Source of the DNA: Eledone cirrhosa
Taxonomy: Eukaryota
Direction: 5' to 3'
NCBI GenBank assembly: GCA_964016885.1
Contig: OZ024758.1
Coordinates: forward strand, 22,568,001 to 22,632,000
Length of the DNA: 64,000 bases
Made by a program: the position numbers and the translations under genes. The notes beneath the pieces are model-generated. The model ran no database searches. It worked only from the letters and a program-made list of their open reading frames with translations, and had not been told where the DNA came from. Shown here in pieces: positions 1 through 14,426 of this stretch (its first letter is position 1; every line of letters starts with the position of its first letter).

Positions 1-469
1 GAAGAAGATTCATTTGTATTGTTTATACTGAAAAATATTTTAAACATATGGTAGAGTCTTCCTATCGTAGAATTAATTATCGCAATGGGTAAACAAAATG
101 TCTTCTACGACCAGTTTTGAAGATTAACTACCGTAAATAATACGTCTCTTTACATTCTGGATTCAACTACTGGTAATGGCGTCTTCATTGTTTTTTCGTC
201 TGGCTGGAAAACGAAGTTCAATAAAGCAACAACCAGCCGAGTATTGGAATTTCCTAAAATATTGATGGTGTTTCCTAGTAAAATATAATATGAAAAAGAA
301 AAACAAATTGTGATTGTTTGAAATCAATATTCTATGATATTGGGACGTCTCCAAACTGTGTCAGTAATCCAATTTCGATTCTTGGTTACAGTATTGTGAG
401 ATGGAAGATGGATATCATCGTTAGACTTATCTTTTATCTCCTTTATCTATGGTTATTGCTTGATTATTT

Positions 470-534
<65 letters not shown>

Positions 535-543
535 GTTATATAG

Positions 544-810
544 TAAACAAACGTCACGAATTAAGCCGTACAGTGTCTAGCAACCATCGTTGCTCATTTG
601 TTCAACACTGACAAAGGAACGCTTAATATGCCGTTAATATGCATAAGGAAAGTATATACTTTCAGACGTTCAATCATCTGGCAGGAAGGTATACGTTGCT
701 GACGATAGCTAATAAGCTTGAAACTAGTACAGCGTTCCTTTGTCAGTGTTGAACAAACGAGCAACGATGGTTGCTAGACACTGTACGGCTTAATACGGGA
801 TGTTTGTTTA
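544..810. mobile_element. Fold-back pLTR-like remnant (arms about 544-623 and 731-810) between microsatellites
   Basis: About 80-bp inverted repeat with a hammerhead in the spacer and right arm. Confidence 0.75.
694..734 (+). ncRNA. Minimal type I hammerhead ribozyme
   Basis: cguug-CUGACGA-u-agcu(aaua)agcu-u-GAAAC-ua-GUA-cagcg; stem III palindrome ACUAGU. Confidence 0.8.
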
Positions 811-955
811 CAAACACACCGAGCATTATAATAAATGTTCGGTGAATCCATACTTACATATATATATGTGTGCATGTATGTATATATATATACATACTAC
901 TGTACCTCTGTATACATATATGTATGTACGTATACATACTTATATATATATATAT

Positions 956-1150
956 AACGAAGGAAATGTGGTAAGGAACCAGGTGGACCATAACGCACCA
1001 AAGTACTCAATACTTAGGGTAGTAGAGTGGGTAATAGGAACGAGTAGGACCCCGACGGCTGAGCTCAAGCCGTTTAGACGGCTAATTGAGTCTAGAATTA
1101 GCCGTCGAAATGGCTTGAGCTCAGGCGTCGGTGTCCTACTCGTTCCTATA
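956..1150. mobile_element. Family A TA-embedded fold-back element (other copies 7360-7783, 14068-14205, 46003-46240)
   Basis: Shared sequence AACGAAGGAAATGTGGTAAGGAACC...; inverted arms; carries the 3' half of a hammerhead (GAAAC-ggcu..agcc-GUC). Confidence 0.75.
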
Positions 1151-1210
1151 TATATATATAGAGAGAGAGATATAGTTGAAAATTGCAAACTTGACTGTCA
1201 CCACAGAATA

Positions 1211-1249
1211 TGAACCTGAAGATTGCGAAAGCATGAAAGTACTTGTTCA
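1211..1249 (+). ncRNA. Minimal type I hammerhead ribozyme
   Basis: ugaac-CUGAAGA-u-ugc(gaaa)gca-u-GAAAG-ua-CUU-guuca; palindrome AAGUACUU. Confidence 0.78.
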
Positions 1250-1587
1250 ATTAATACTTAACATTTAATATTCTACCATACTATTTCATTCTAATACCAT
1301 TATAATTTTAAAGGATTGTAAATAAAACTAGTAAATCAGACAAAGTTGGAATTCATTTTATTTATATATATATATATATATGATGGCTGGAAATTCTGCT
1401 ACGAGTTTGCAATCGCTTGTCAGGTTATAGAGTTTGATGCACTTTTAGGCTACGGCCAGCCACACGAACCTGTAACAGACCCTGAACAAGCAATGCCTGT
1501 GCTTTGAAGGTGTTTTAAGTGGGGAAAGGCCTTGCACTCGACCAATCCCACTCTCTGAGCATCGCAAACACTACCCTCATCGGATGC

Positions 1588-1630
<43 letters not shown>

Positions 1631-1633
<3 letters not shown>

Positions 1634-1743
1634 GTTTCTACTTTTGGCACAAGGCCAGTAAATACCCAGTGCATTACTGGTACTTTATTTTATCGACCCC
1701 GTAAGGATGAAAGGCAAAGTAAACCTCGGCGGGATTTGAACTC
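1631..1743 (-). mobile_element. tRNA-derived SINE, 5' truncated
   Basis: Shared core CTGGTACTTTATTTTATCGACCCCGTAAGGATGAAAGGCAAAG and B-box GATTTGAACTC. Confidence 0.85.
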
Positions 1744-1759
1744 GTATATATATATATAT

Positions 1760-1980
1760 AATGAAAAATTGAACGGGAACAAAACAGAGAGGCAGTACAA
1801 ACAAATGTTTATTAATTTCACGCTCTTGAGAGTGGGGTGGTGGTGGGGAACGACGTTTCGGGCATAAGCCCTCCTTCAGGTGAAAGGTGTGTGGGAAGAG
1901 AGTTCAAAGGGTGTGTAGGGGAGTGGTGGAGAGACATATAGCAAAAAGAGGGTGAGAGGAAACGGTGCAATTGAAATTAA
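1760..1980 (-). mobile_element. Family B TA-embedded pLTR-like remnant with minimal hammerhead (about 1850-1882); other copies 13195-13400 and 14957-15120
   Basis: Minus strand CUGA(A/G)G(A/G)-gggc(uuau)gccc-GAAAC-GUC followed by AAUAAA; three dispersed copies. Confidence 0.7.
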
Positions 1981-2008
1981 AATATATATGTGTGTGTGTG
2001 TGTGTGAG

Positions 2009-2042
<34 letters not shown>

Positions 2043-2047
<5 letters not shown>

Positions 2048-2230
2048 CTACTTTTGGCACAAGGCCAACAATTATCCTAGTACATTACTGGTACTTTATT
2101 TTATCGACCCCGTAAGGATGAAAGGCAAAGTTAACCTCGGCGAGATTTGAACTCAAACCGCAAAGGGACGTAACTCTATGCTGCAAAGCATGGCGTCCGA
2201 CCCTCTACCGATACTGCCAATCCACTACCT
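2043..2230 (-). mobile_element. tRNA-derived SINE (octopus OK/OR-like, Meta/MESC-like core)
   Basis: A-box-like TGGCAGTATCGGTAG, B-box GAGTTCAAATC and the conserved core. Confidence 0.85.
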
Positions 2231-2311
2231 TATATGTATATACATATATGTGTGTATATGTGGGTGTGTGTAAATGTAAAACTGATTGTGTTGTTATTTC
2301 TGTGTACCTTT

Positions 2312-2348
<37 letters not shown>

Positions 2349-2462
2349 ATATAATATATATATATATAATGTGTCTATATATATATAAATATAATGTATA
2401 TATATATATATAAATATAATGTATATATATATATATAAATATAATGTATATATATAAATATA

Positions 2463-2521
<59 letters not shown>

Positions 2522-3007
2522 GTGTCTATATATATATAAATATAATGTATATATATATATATATTCAATTCCACTACTGTAATAGAATAATCAAAACCCT
2601 AGCGGTATGTCGCATATCCAATCTCTCATATTTTATCTGATGAAAACGTACTTAAACACCACTGTACCTTTGAAATATGTATCTATCTATCTATCTATCT
2701 ATCTAAGGCGGGTAAAATTCCCGAGATCCATGGACGAGTTCTCTCCAGCGGTCTCTGTCCCTCATTATCGCTGCCATGTCCTGCGTCTCCAACAGACCAG
2801 TGTCTGTCCTTAGGGCATCAACATACGTTAACCTTGGTCTTCCTCTTCTAATGTGTCCATGTAGGGTCTCTCACAGGAGCACTGAGTGCAATGTCAAGTC
2901 TGGATGTCGGTGAGCATGTCCAGCTAACCTCAGTCTCCTCTGTGTCACTTTTGGTTATGAGAATATTTTTCTTTTATTAATATTTTGTATAATATATATA
3001 TATATAT

Positions 3008-3215
3008 AACAGTGACATAAACAGGTACTCAAGTTTCGTTGGGTCCCAATTTATTCAGCCTGTTATTTTCTCATGACAGGATGAAGAAATTGGGGCCCAG
3101 AACCCTACGAAACTTGAGTATCTGTTTATGTCACTGTTGTAATTATTTATACTAAACTCGTCCTATGGACTGAGTGCTCTTACTCTTGGACATTTTCACT
3201 TAACTTTTACTTCAG
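3008..3215. mobile_element. Fold-back remnant with two decayed hammerheads (3021-3063 on -, 3076-3125 on +)
   Basis: acagg-CUGAAUA or AUGAAGA...GAAAC-uuga-GUA-(c/u)cugu; inverted arms; TA flanks. Confidence 0.7.
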
Positions 3216-3232
3216 TATATATATATATTAAT

Positions 3233-3630
3233 AATTGTTTCTACTTTTGGCAGAAGGCCACCAATTATCCCAGTACATTACTGGTACTTTATTTTATCGA
3301 CCCCGTAAGGATGAAAAACAAAGTTAACCTCGGCGGAATTTGAACTCAGAATGGCAAGGGCCGTAACTCTATGCGTCAAAGCATGACGTCCGACCCTTTA
3401 CTGATACTGCCAATCCACCGCCCTTATATATATATATCAATAATTGTTTCTACTTTAGGCACAAGGCCAGCAATTACCCAGTGCATTACTGGTACTTTAT
3501 TTTATCGACCCCGTAAGGATGAAAGGCAAAGTCAACCTCGGCGGGATTTGAACTCAGATCATAAAGGGACGTAACTATGCTGGAAAGCATGGCGTCCAAC
3601 CCTCTACCAATACTGCCAATCCACCACCTA
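3233..3630 (-). mobile_element. Two tandem tRNA-derived SINEs (3233-3424, 3442-3630)
   Basis: Full head and core in both copies. Confidence 0.85.
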
Positions 3631-3856
3631 TATATATATCAATAATAATAGTATTTATACTTTATATATAATCTAATATAATCTATATATAATTATAAAT
3701 ACGAAAGGGTAATATATTGTATTACGCAAGAAAATTAGCTCAGAGTAAATTATTAGATATATTACAGAGCAGAAGAAACGACCGTCAGCAATTAAATGCA
3801 TTAAACAAAAATGTGATTCTTTTATATTTTGTATATATAAATATATATATATATGT

Positions 3857-4300
3857 AAGCAAAAGTTTTATTTAAAATTGTTGGGTTACAACAAGTAAAT
3901 ATTTTATAACCGATATAAAGCACTCGACGAGTTTTTGGAGTAGATATACGATAGTAAACAAATGGAAACCATATTTATTTCATTATACATATTTCAGGGA
4001 TACTATATTAAAAATATGGCATGCCTTCGTCAGATAAAATATAATATATAAACTGTTTTATAAATAATTTTGACGTACCATAAATATAAGCCATCATTAA
4101 GGTAGGAAGCTGGCTTGGTAGCTTCCTACCTTAATGATGGCTTATATTTATGGTACGTCAAAATTATTTATAAAACAGTTTATATATTGTATTTTATCTG
4201 ACGAAGGCATGCCATATTTTTAATATAGTATCCCTGAAATATGTATAATGAAATAAATATGGTTTTATAAATATAGTTTCCATTTGTTTACTATCGTATA
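3857..4300. mobile_element. Family C fold-back element (about 165-bp arms); other copies 27596-27870 and 46250-46755
   Basis: Near-perfect inverted repeat centred about 4115; a hammerhead in each arm. Confidence 0.8.
4191..4254 (+). ncRNA. Type I hammerhead ribozyme, family C (mirror copy about 3977-4040 on -)
   Basis: auuuuau-CUGACGA-agg...ccu-GAAAU-augu-AUA-augaaau. Confidence 0.75.
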
Positions 4301-4304
4301 TATA

Positions 4305-4490
4305 TGTAAGAATATTTTCGAAACAGCGAGTGGGTTTGAAATTATTAGAAATGTAAGTTATCGCCGTATTTTGACTAAAGAAATTAAAGAAATTATTTAG
4401 CCTGATAGTGGGGTTAAGAACCCTCGGAAAAATGGAAAAAGATGAGTATTGACGTACATGGGAGTCGAACCCACATCTTTGGTTATCCGA
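4305..4490 (-). mobile_element. Family D TA-embedded repeat with tRNA B-box-like end (second copy 53775-54050, with fold-back)
   Basis: Two highly similar dispersed copies; minus strand GTGGGTTCGACTCCCA. Confidence 0.6.
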
Positions 4491-4534
4491 TATATGTATA
4501 TGTGTGTTAGGTAATTCCGAAGGAAAAGCAAATA

Positions 4535-4577
<43 letters not shown>

Positions 4578-4829
4578 GAATTATGATTGTCTGGGTTTTT
4601 CAAAGAAACGTGCTTTACCATCCAACGTCCTGATTTTTATTTACTTGTAGGTATTTAAATACATAACAGACACGTAAGCATTCCTATATATAATAGAAAT
4701 ATATAGAGGGATATATCTAGATATTTCAATTTGTATTAATAAGTTAATAACTAGTTAGTTAGGTGGGTAGGCTAGTAGCTAGTTGAATAGATAGACATGT
4801 AGTCAGAGAGGTAGATTGCTAAATAGATA

Positions 4830-5379
4830 TGTTTCTTTTATTTGCCACAAGGGCATCAAAAGTGGGACAAGTACAATGGGGGGGGAGTTTACAAAACAAG
4901 GCGTCCTCAATAGGGAGGAGGCAATAACAATATATAAAAATAAAATAAAATATAACAAAAAATAGAATTATAACAAAATCCTCAGTAGAGGATTTTGTTA
5001 TAAAATATAACAAAAAATAAAATTTATAACAAAATCCTCAATAGAGAGGAGTCGCCTTGGGGGGTCGCACACACCCCCGAAAAAAGTGTGCAACCCTTTT
5101 CCTCAGGAGCACAGAGAGGGGGTGCTCCCTCGTTCCTTCCTCTTTTCCACCTACAGGCTCATGTAAAGAGAAGGCCCATTCACACGGGCCATTCTCGCCA
5201 CTTTCACCCACCTTTCATAAAAACGACTGGGGTGCAGCACCTCTCTCTCCATCCTGATCCTTCTTCCGAAATGATATCGGAAGAAACGGACCAGTTGTTG
5301 GCCAGAGAGAAAGGTGCCTGACCTCAGTCCTTTCAGACGCGTCCACCATACAACCTCTTTCGCCATGGCTATTACGCAC
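4830..5379 (-). mobile_element. 5'-truncated LINE (L1/Tx1-like ORF2 C-terminus and 3' UTR) with 17-bp TSD
   Basis: AGATTGCTAAATAGATA at 4813-4829 and 5380-5396; ORF end AKEVVWWTRLKGL...FYERWVKVARM*; related copy at 21578-21890. Confidence 0.72.
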
Positions 5380-5691
5380 AGATTGCTAAATAGATAGATT
5401 GCTAAATAGTCATTGACTTGTTTCAGTTATTAGTTTGTGGCCGTTCTGGAGCACCACCTTCAAGAGACTTAACGAATCATATCAAACCTAATACTTATTT
5501 TGTTCAGGTATATATATATATATATATATAGGACATTTAAATAAATTTAAGGTAAAGGACGAATTGTCAACAATATCTTTTACAATTACATTCTTTTTTC
5601 TATGTCCATACCTGCATTGTTTTGGCTTTATTACACATATTCAAACGTTTATACCTCATTACACAATGCTTCAAGTGAACTATAACCTCCT

Positions 5692-5737
<46 letters not shown>

Positions 5738-6005
5738 AAAGTTAAACAAGGTTCAATGAATACATCAAAGAATGAGTTTTACAATAGATTGGAAGCACTC
5801 AACTAAAAAACTGTTTTCTAGAGTTATTAATATTAATTCAAAATATTAACATTATTGTTATACTTTGGCAGGGTCATGTTGCCAATAAGAAACACACGCA
5901 CCAGTTGCTTTCACTTCAATTTATTATAATAAATTTATAAATTTAGGAATTTATAAATTTCCGGTTGGTTGGTTGGTTCTACAACCAGATGATTGTTCAT
6001 ATATT

Positions 6006-6048
6006 GTCAAAGTTCTTTCGTCACACATTCTGTGACCTCTTCAGTGAC
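6006..6048 (-). ncRNA. Minimal hammerhead ribozyme, family E (second copy 62146-62188)
   Basis: guca-CUGAAGA-g-gucaca(gaaug)ugugac-GAAAG-aa-CUU-ugac. Confidence 0.75.
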
Positions 6049-6344
6049 TGGGGATTCTTTTCTTTGTTTTTGTGCCTCTCCTTTGTTCTGTCCTACGCCA
6101 TCTTGTTTTTGCGTGTGTTGTGTGCTTAGTTTGCGCATGTGTTACATCCGGGTGTCTGTGTGTGTTTATATTTGTTTATTTACATGTTACTGGTTGGTTT
6201 GTCCTTAATTGTAAGTTGTGATGTTGCTGTTCCATTCATGTTTTCTATTTAACATTATTATTTTAACATTATTATTTTAACATTATTATTTTAACATTAT
6301 TATTTTGTTAATGTTTTGAATTAATATTATATATATATATATAT

Positions 6345-6842
6345 TCATTTAGGTTTGTTGGTTCACCACTGGATAGAACTGTTCATTCCGTATAGTCAAC
6401 CGTGATGTAATATTAGGGAGAGCACTCGATGTAATGCAACTCACCCGTCTTCGTTTGTATTTGTTGGTGGTGCAAGTACGAAGTTAATTATGACAAAATA
6501 ACAGGAGGCTGCACTGGTGTAATTCCTTAAAGGTTTATTATACTATGAACATTTCAATGACCGGGTTCAGTATGAATCCGGTGACATCATCAGGTATTCC
6601 GAAATTTATCCAATAAAGGCGGCCGCCCGGACTAGCAACTGCTAATTTTGACCGCCTTCTGGTCTTAAACATTTCTCTCTGCTTTTCAGTCCCTTGGATT
6701 GTGTCTATTATTATTCCTTTATTAGATAAATTTCGTAACACCTGATGATGTCACCAGGTTCATGCTGAACTCGGTCATTGAAATGTTCATCGTATAATAA
6801 ACTTTTAAGTAATTACACCAGTCCAGCCTCCTGTTATTTTAT
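6345..6842. mobile_element. Fold-back remnant with hammerheads at 6540-6597 (-) and 6738-6795 (+)
   Basis: auac-CUGAUGA...accggauuca/ugaacccggu...GAAAU-guuc-AUA-guau; inverted arms about 6495-6595 and 6740-6840. Confidence 0.72.
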
Positions 6843-6845
6843 AAT

Positions 6846-6925
<80 letters not shown>

Positions 6926-7149
6926 TATATATATATTTACGTAGACAACGGAGCGTATGTGCATAAACGCACCTGCACCGTGTCGTATTTGTGACACTAT
7001 TGTATTAGCTCAATGTACAAGAACAGAGCCGTTATATATAAAATAAATCAAAGAGTACCTACATACTCATATGTATGAGTATGTAGGTGTTCTTTGATTT
7101 ATTTTATATAATATATATATATATATATATTTGCTCCGGACATAACACC

Positions 7150-7240
7150 CGTGTCTGAAAGAACCCGCAGAAGTAGAATCAGCCAGATCCATACAAAGAC
7201 CATGACTCGAGCTACATGCCGGCGAAACATTTGTAACACG
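7150..7240 (+). ncRNA. Hammerhead-like motif with about 60-nt stem II and a CUGAAAGA core
   Basis: cgugu-CUGAAAGA...GAAAC-auuu-GUA-acacg; 5-bp stem I closes exactly. Confidence 0.6.
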
Positions 7241-7328
7241 AAATAAACTAAGTCCAGATGCATCACTGATTTTTCGTTTTCTTGATAATATATATATATA
7301 TATTATCAAGAAAACGAAAAATCAGTGA

Positions 7329-7359
<31 letters not shown>

Positions 7360-7361
<2 letters not shown>

Positions 7362-7783
7362 CGAAGGAAGTGTGGTAAGGAACCAGGTGGACCAAAACGC
7401 ACCAGAGTACTCAATACATAGAGTAGTAGAGTGGGTAATAGAGTCCAGAAATAGTCGTCGAAACGGCGTGAGGTCTGCCGTCGGGGTCTTGAACATTTTC
7501 CTATATATATATATATATATATATATAGGAACGAGTAGGGCCCCGACGGCTGAGCTCAAGCCGTTTCGACGGCTAATTCTGGATTGTATTACCCACTCTA
7601 CTACTCTATGTATTGAGTACTCTAGTGCGTTTTGGTCCACCTGAGTCCAGAATTAGCCGTCGAAACGGCTTGAGCTCAGCCGTCGGGGTCCTACTCGTTC
7701 CTATTACCCACTCTACTATCCTAAGTATTGAGTACTTTGGTGCGTTATGGTCCATCTGGTTCCTTACCACATTTCCTTCGTTA
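7360..7783. mobile_element. Cluster of family A fold-back elements
   Basis: Multiple inverted segments; GAAAC at 7662 and GUC at 7682-7684. Confidence 0.75.
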
Positions 7784-8158
7784 TATATATATATATAAAT
7801 ACAGAGGAAAGAATACCCGCACACACAAACACATGTACACACACACACACACACACACACTGACAGACAGACAGACAGTCACACACAAACGAACACACAT
7901 ACACACGCACACATACACACATACACACACATACACATCTACACTCACACATCTACACACATCTACACACACATACAGATAGACAGAGGAGCAGACAGCT
8001 GTAGATACAATCGTACATCAGCCCCACTAAAACACCCCCTTACATTCAGCAGGCGAGAATCGGTAAGAATCCTTTCCATAACTCACAGACAGTAGTTTCT
8101 ATTATACCAATGATGGAACATCGCCTGCATTTGCTGTTCCTTCAATTAAAACAGAGCT

Positions 8159-8213
<55 letters not shown>

Positions 8214-8277
8214 ACTCTTTCTCTTCTTCTACTCCCTTCTCTCTCTTTTTCTTTCTCTGCTCTGTCTCTCTCCATCT

Positions 8278-8309
<32 letters not shown>

Positions 8310-8577
8310 TTATCTTTCTCTAATCGCCTCCTTTTCTTTCTCTATCTCTCCTGCTCTCTCTCTTCCCCCCTCTCTCTCTCTCAGTATCTCCCCTCCCGTA
8401 AAATTCTTGCCAGTCTATTTTATTTTCTTCTCTATTCTTCCTTACCATCTTTCTTTCCTCTTATCCCCACCCCTCCCCCTCCTAAGTGGTCCCTTTCCAC
8501 AGAGACTTACCACACAATATTTCAAACTGCGCCCATTCGTCAAATGTTTAACTGAGCTGAAGAACTTACTGTGAAAG

Positions 8578-8608
<31 letters not shown>

Positions 8609-9134
8609 TCAGTTGGCAGTTGTAGTATATTTTCCATCTCTTTCCTTTCCTTTTTTTTTTTTTTTTTTTTTTTCCACTATAGTATTCAGTATGTTTCTTA
8701 CTGATCGATAATTTGTCAGCAACCGCTCCAAAATCTATTGATCAATTATTTCTCTATTATTACGGAAATTTTTACGAGAGCCTCAGGGCTAATATTTATT
8801 TTTTGTTGTTGTTCCGTCAGTTTTGTATACAGGGCTAATATATATATTTTTTTTTTTCCGTTAGTTTTGTATACATCTCTCTATCTTTGTGGCATTTTGG
8901 TCGAAAAACAAAAACCCAGCACAACGAAAACAAAAACAACACCAAAAAGACTGTTTATTACAACAATGATATGGCAATAACAAAACTTTCTGAGTCATTG
9001 CTTTAAAACAATTCATTTGACCAATCGGACAGAAAGACCAGCAGAAAATAGGAATTTGCAATAACTCTTTCTCTACACTCAACTGTTTTACCCCAAACTC
9101 ACTGTCTCTTTCGCTCTATCTATCTATCTATCTA

Positions 9135-9174
<40 letters not shown>

Positions 9175-9884
9175 CATATATCCATCTATCTACCTATCTA
9201 TCTATTTATCTACCTATCTATGAATCCATCTATCTATCTATCCATCTATCTATCTATCTGTATATCCACTTCCTTCACCATCACCACACCGCTCTCCTAA
9301 CCCTATTTAAGACCAAGGAATCATTTAAAGACGCAATTTGAAACTACATATACCTATATACATTTATACATATAACCATACCGGTTTGTGCCAAGATGCA
9401 TTCATATGTGGATCAATGATTTGATATTAACCTTTGTCAAAAGCAATTTCATCTTTTCGTTAATATATATATTATAAATACCAAGAAACAATACAAAGGG
9501 AAAAAACACAAGATCAGTAATTTGAGCTGTGGTTTAAACTCTTTGAAATATACTCATTCATAAAAGTCCGCGCATACTCTCATAGTATAATATATGGAAC
9601 AATTATTCAATATAGAAAAAATAGAATCGTACAAATGTTTCTAGGATTCCCAGACAGATGTTTACATATTTAAAGATAAACGCACACATACAGGCATACA
9701 CACATACATGCACATATATGCATATGCACATAAGCCGGTAAATACACGTGGTATGTATGTAAATGTCGTCTGCACATACATTCATATATATTTAATGCGT
9801 TTTGAAAATACTGGTGAAATTTAATCCAAGAAGTCGACTTCGTAATGTAAGTACACGAGTATTTATTTTATATATTATATTTTA

Positions 9885-12860
<2,976 letters not shown>

Positions 12861-13151
12861 CACGGATGGATAAACAGGTAGATATATTTTATTTCCTGTT
12901 GTTATTTTACATTTTTAACTTTTATTCTCCTCTGTTAAACTACCGCTGATATTGGAGTTACTTTCTTAAAGCATTGGTAAATATTTTTTCGCACTCGGTA
13001 CAACTCTGGTTTCTTTCATAAATATATCTCTGAGTAATGTGTATTAACTTTAGAGAAACACGTCATTTAAAAGACTTTCGTGTTTTCATATATATGTGTA
13101 CAGTACAAGTGCATGTATGTATACATATATATATATATATAAACTTACAAT

Positions 13152-13194
<43 letters not shown>

Positions 13195-13468
13195 GAAAAA
13201 TTTGAACAGGAACAAAACAGAGAGGCAGTACAACGAATGTTTATTAATTTCACGCTCTGGAGAGTGGGGTGGTGGTGGGGAACGACGTTTCGGGCATAAG
13301 CCTTTCCTCAGGTGAGAAGTGTGTGGGAACAGAGTTCAAAGGGTGTGTAGGGGAGTGGTGGAGAGACATATAGCGAAAGGAAACGGTGCGAATGAAATGA
13401 AAAATAAAAATAAAAATAAAGCATGATCAAAATACAAGGAATGAAATAAAATAAAATAAAAATAAAAT

Positions 13469-13506
<38 letters not shown>

Positions 13507-13575
13507 TAGAATAAAATATATATATATATAAACTTACAATACAATATTTATATATATATATATATACACTTGGAA

Positions 13576-13619
<44 letters not shown>

Positions 13620-13621
<2 letters not shown>

Positions 13622-13752
13622 TATAAGAACAGATTAAAGTTTAAGCAAAGAATCGCTGCTTTCACCCTTAACAGGATCTTCTGAGTTTCAGAAGATCCCG
13701 TTAAAGGTGAAAGCAGCGATTCTTTGCTTAAACTTTAATCTGTTCTTATAAT
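13620..13752. mobile_element. Family H fold-back element (other copies 38938-39078, 61825-61945)
   Basis: Inverted repeat of AACAGATTAAAGTTTAAGCAAAGAATCGCTGCTTTCACCCTTAA. Confidence 0.75.
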
Positions 13753-13805
13753 AAATATTTAGTCTACGACCTTATATATATATATATATATAGAATAAAC
13801 AAATA

Positions 13806-13942
13806 TCATTATTTCTGAAGACAGCATATATATGTGTAGGTATGTATATTCCTTCTGATAGTTTGTAAAATTTTACATAGATCTATATGATATGCATACC
13901 AACACTAACATATATATCCTAGAAACGATCGTAAAATGATGA
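13806..13942 (+). ncRNA. Type I hammerhead ribozyme, family G, with 100-nt stem II region
   Basis: ucauuauuu-CUGAAGA-[auauauaugugu.gguauguauau...auaugcauacc.acac..auauauau]-GAAAC-gauc-GUA-aaaugauga; 9-bp stem I; palindrome ACGAUCGU. Confidence 0.8.
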
Positions 13943-13991
13943 ATTTTTTAATATAAGGAACTGTTTCTTTGTTTATTCATTATTTTTATTA

Positions 13992-14063
<72 letters not shown>

Positions 14064-14358
14064 ATAATAACGAAGGAAATGTGGTAAGAAACCAGATGGA
14101 CCATAACGCACCAGAGTACTCAATACTTAGGGTAGTAGAGTGGGTAATAGGAAAATGTTTGACCCCGACGGCAGAACTCAAGCTGTTTCGACGGCTATTT
14201 TTCTCAAGGACATAACGCATCACCCGGGCCAGCAATGGAACACGTAACCTCACGATTGCGAATCCAATTTTCTAACCACTGAGTCACGTGCCAGGTGGTG
14301 ATATTAAGTTAGACATGACCTGGGCCAACACTGACCGTAACCATCAACGTTTTAAAAG

Positions 14359-14422
<64 letters not shown>

Positions 14423-14426
<4 letters not shown>

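Noticed and set aside
163-354. Possible minus-strand exon (pyrimidine tract + TAG near 276)
   Set aside because: No recognisable protein in any frame and no partner exon in the window
4396-4440. CUGAUAG-gggg..cccu-GGAAA in family D as a hammerhead
   Set aside because: Core is wrong and no stem I or stem III closes
8040-8075. Donor-like CG|GTAAGA as a possible upstream UTR exon of the Ly6 gene
   Set aside because: 37 kb away, with no supporting evidence from sequence alone
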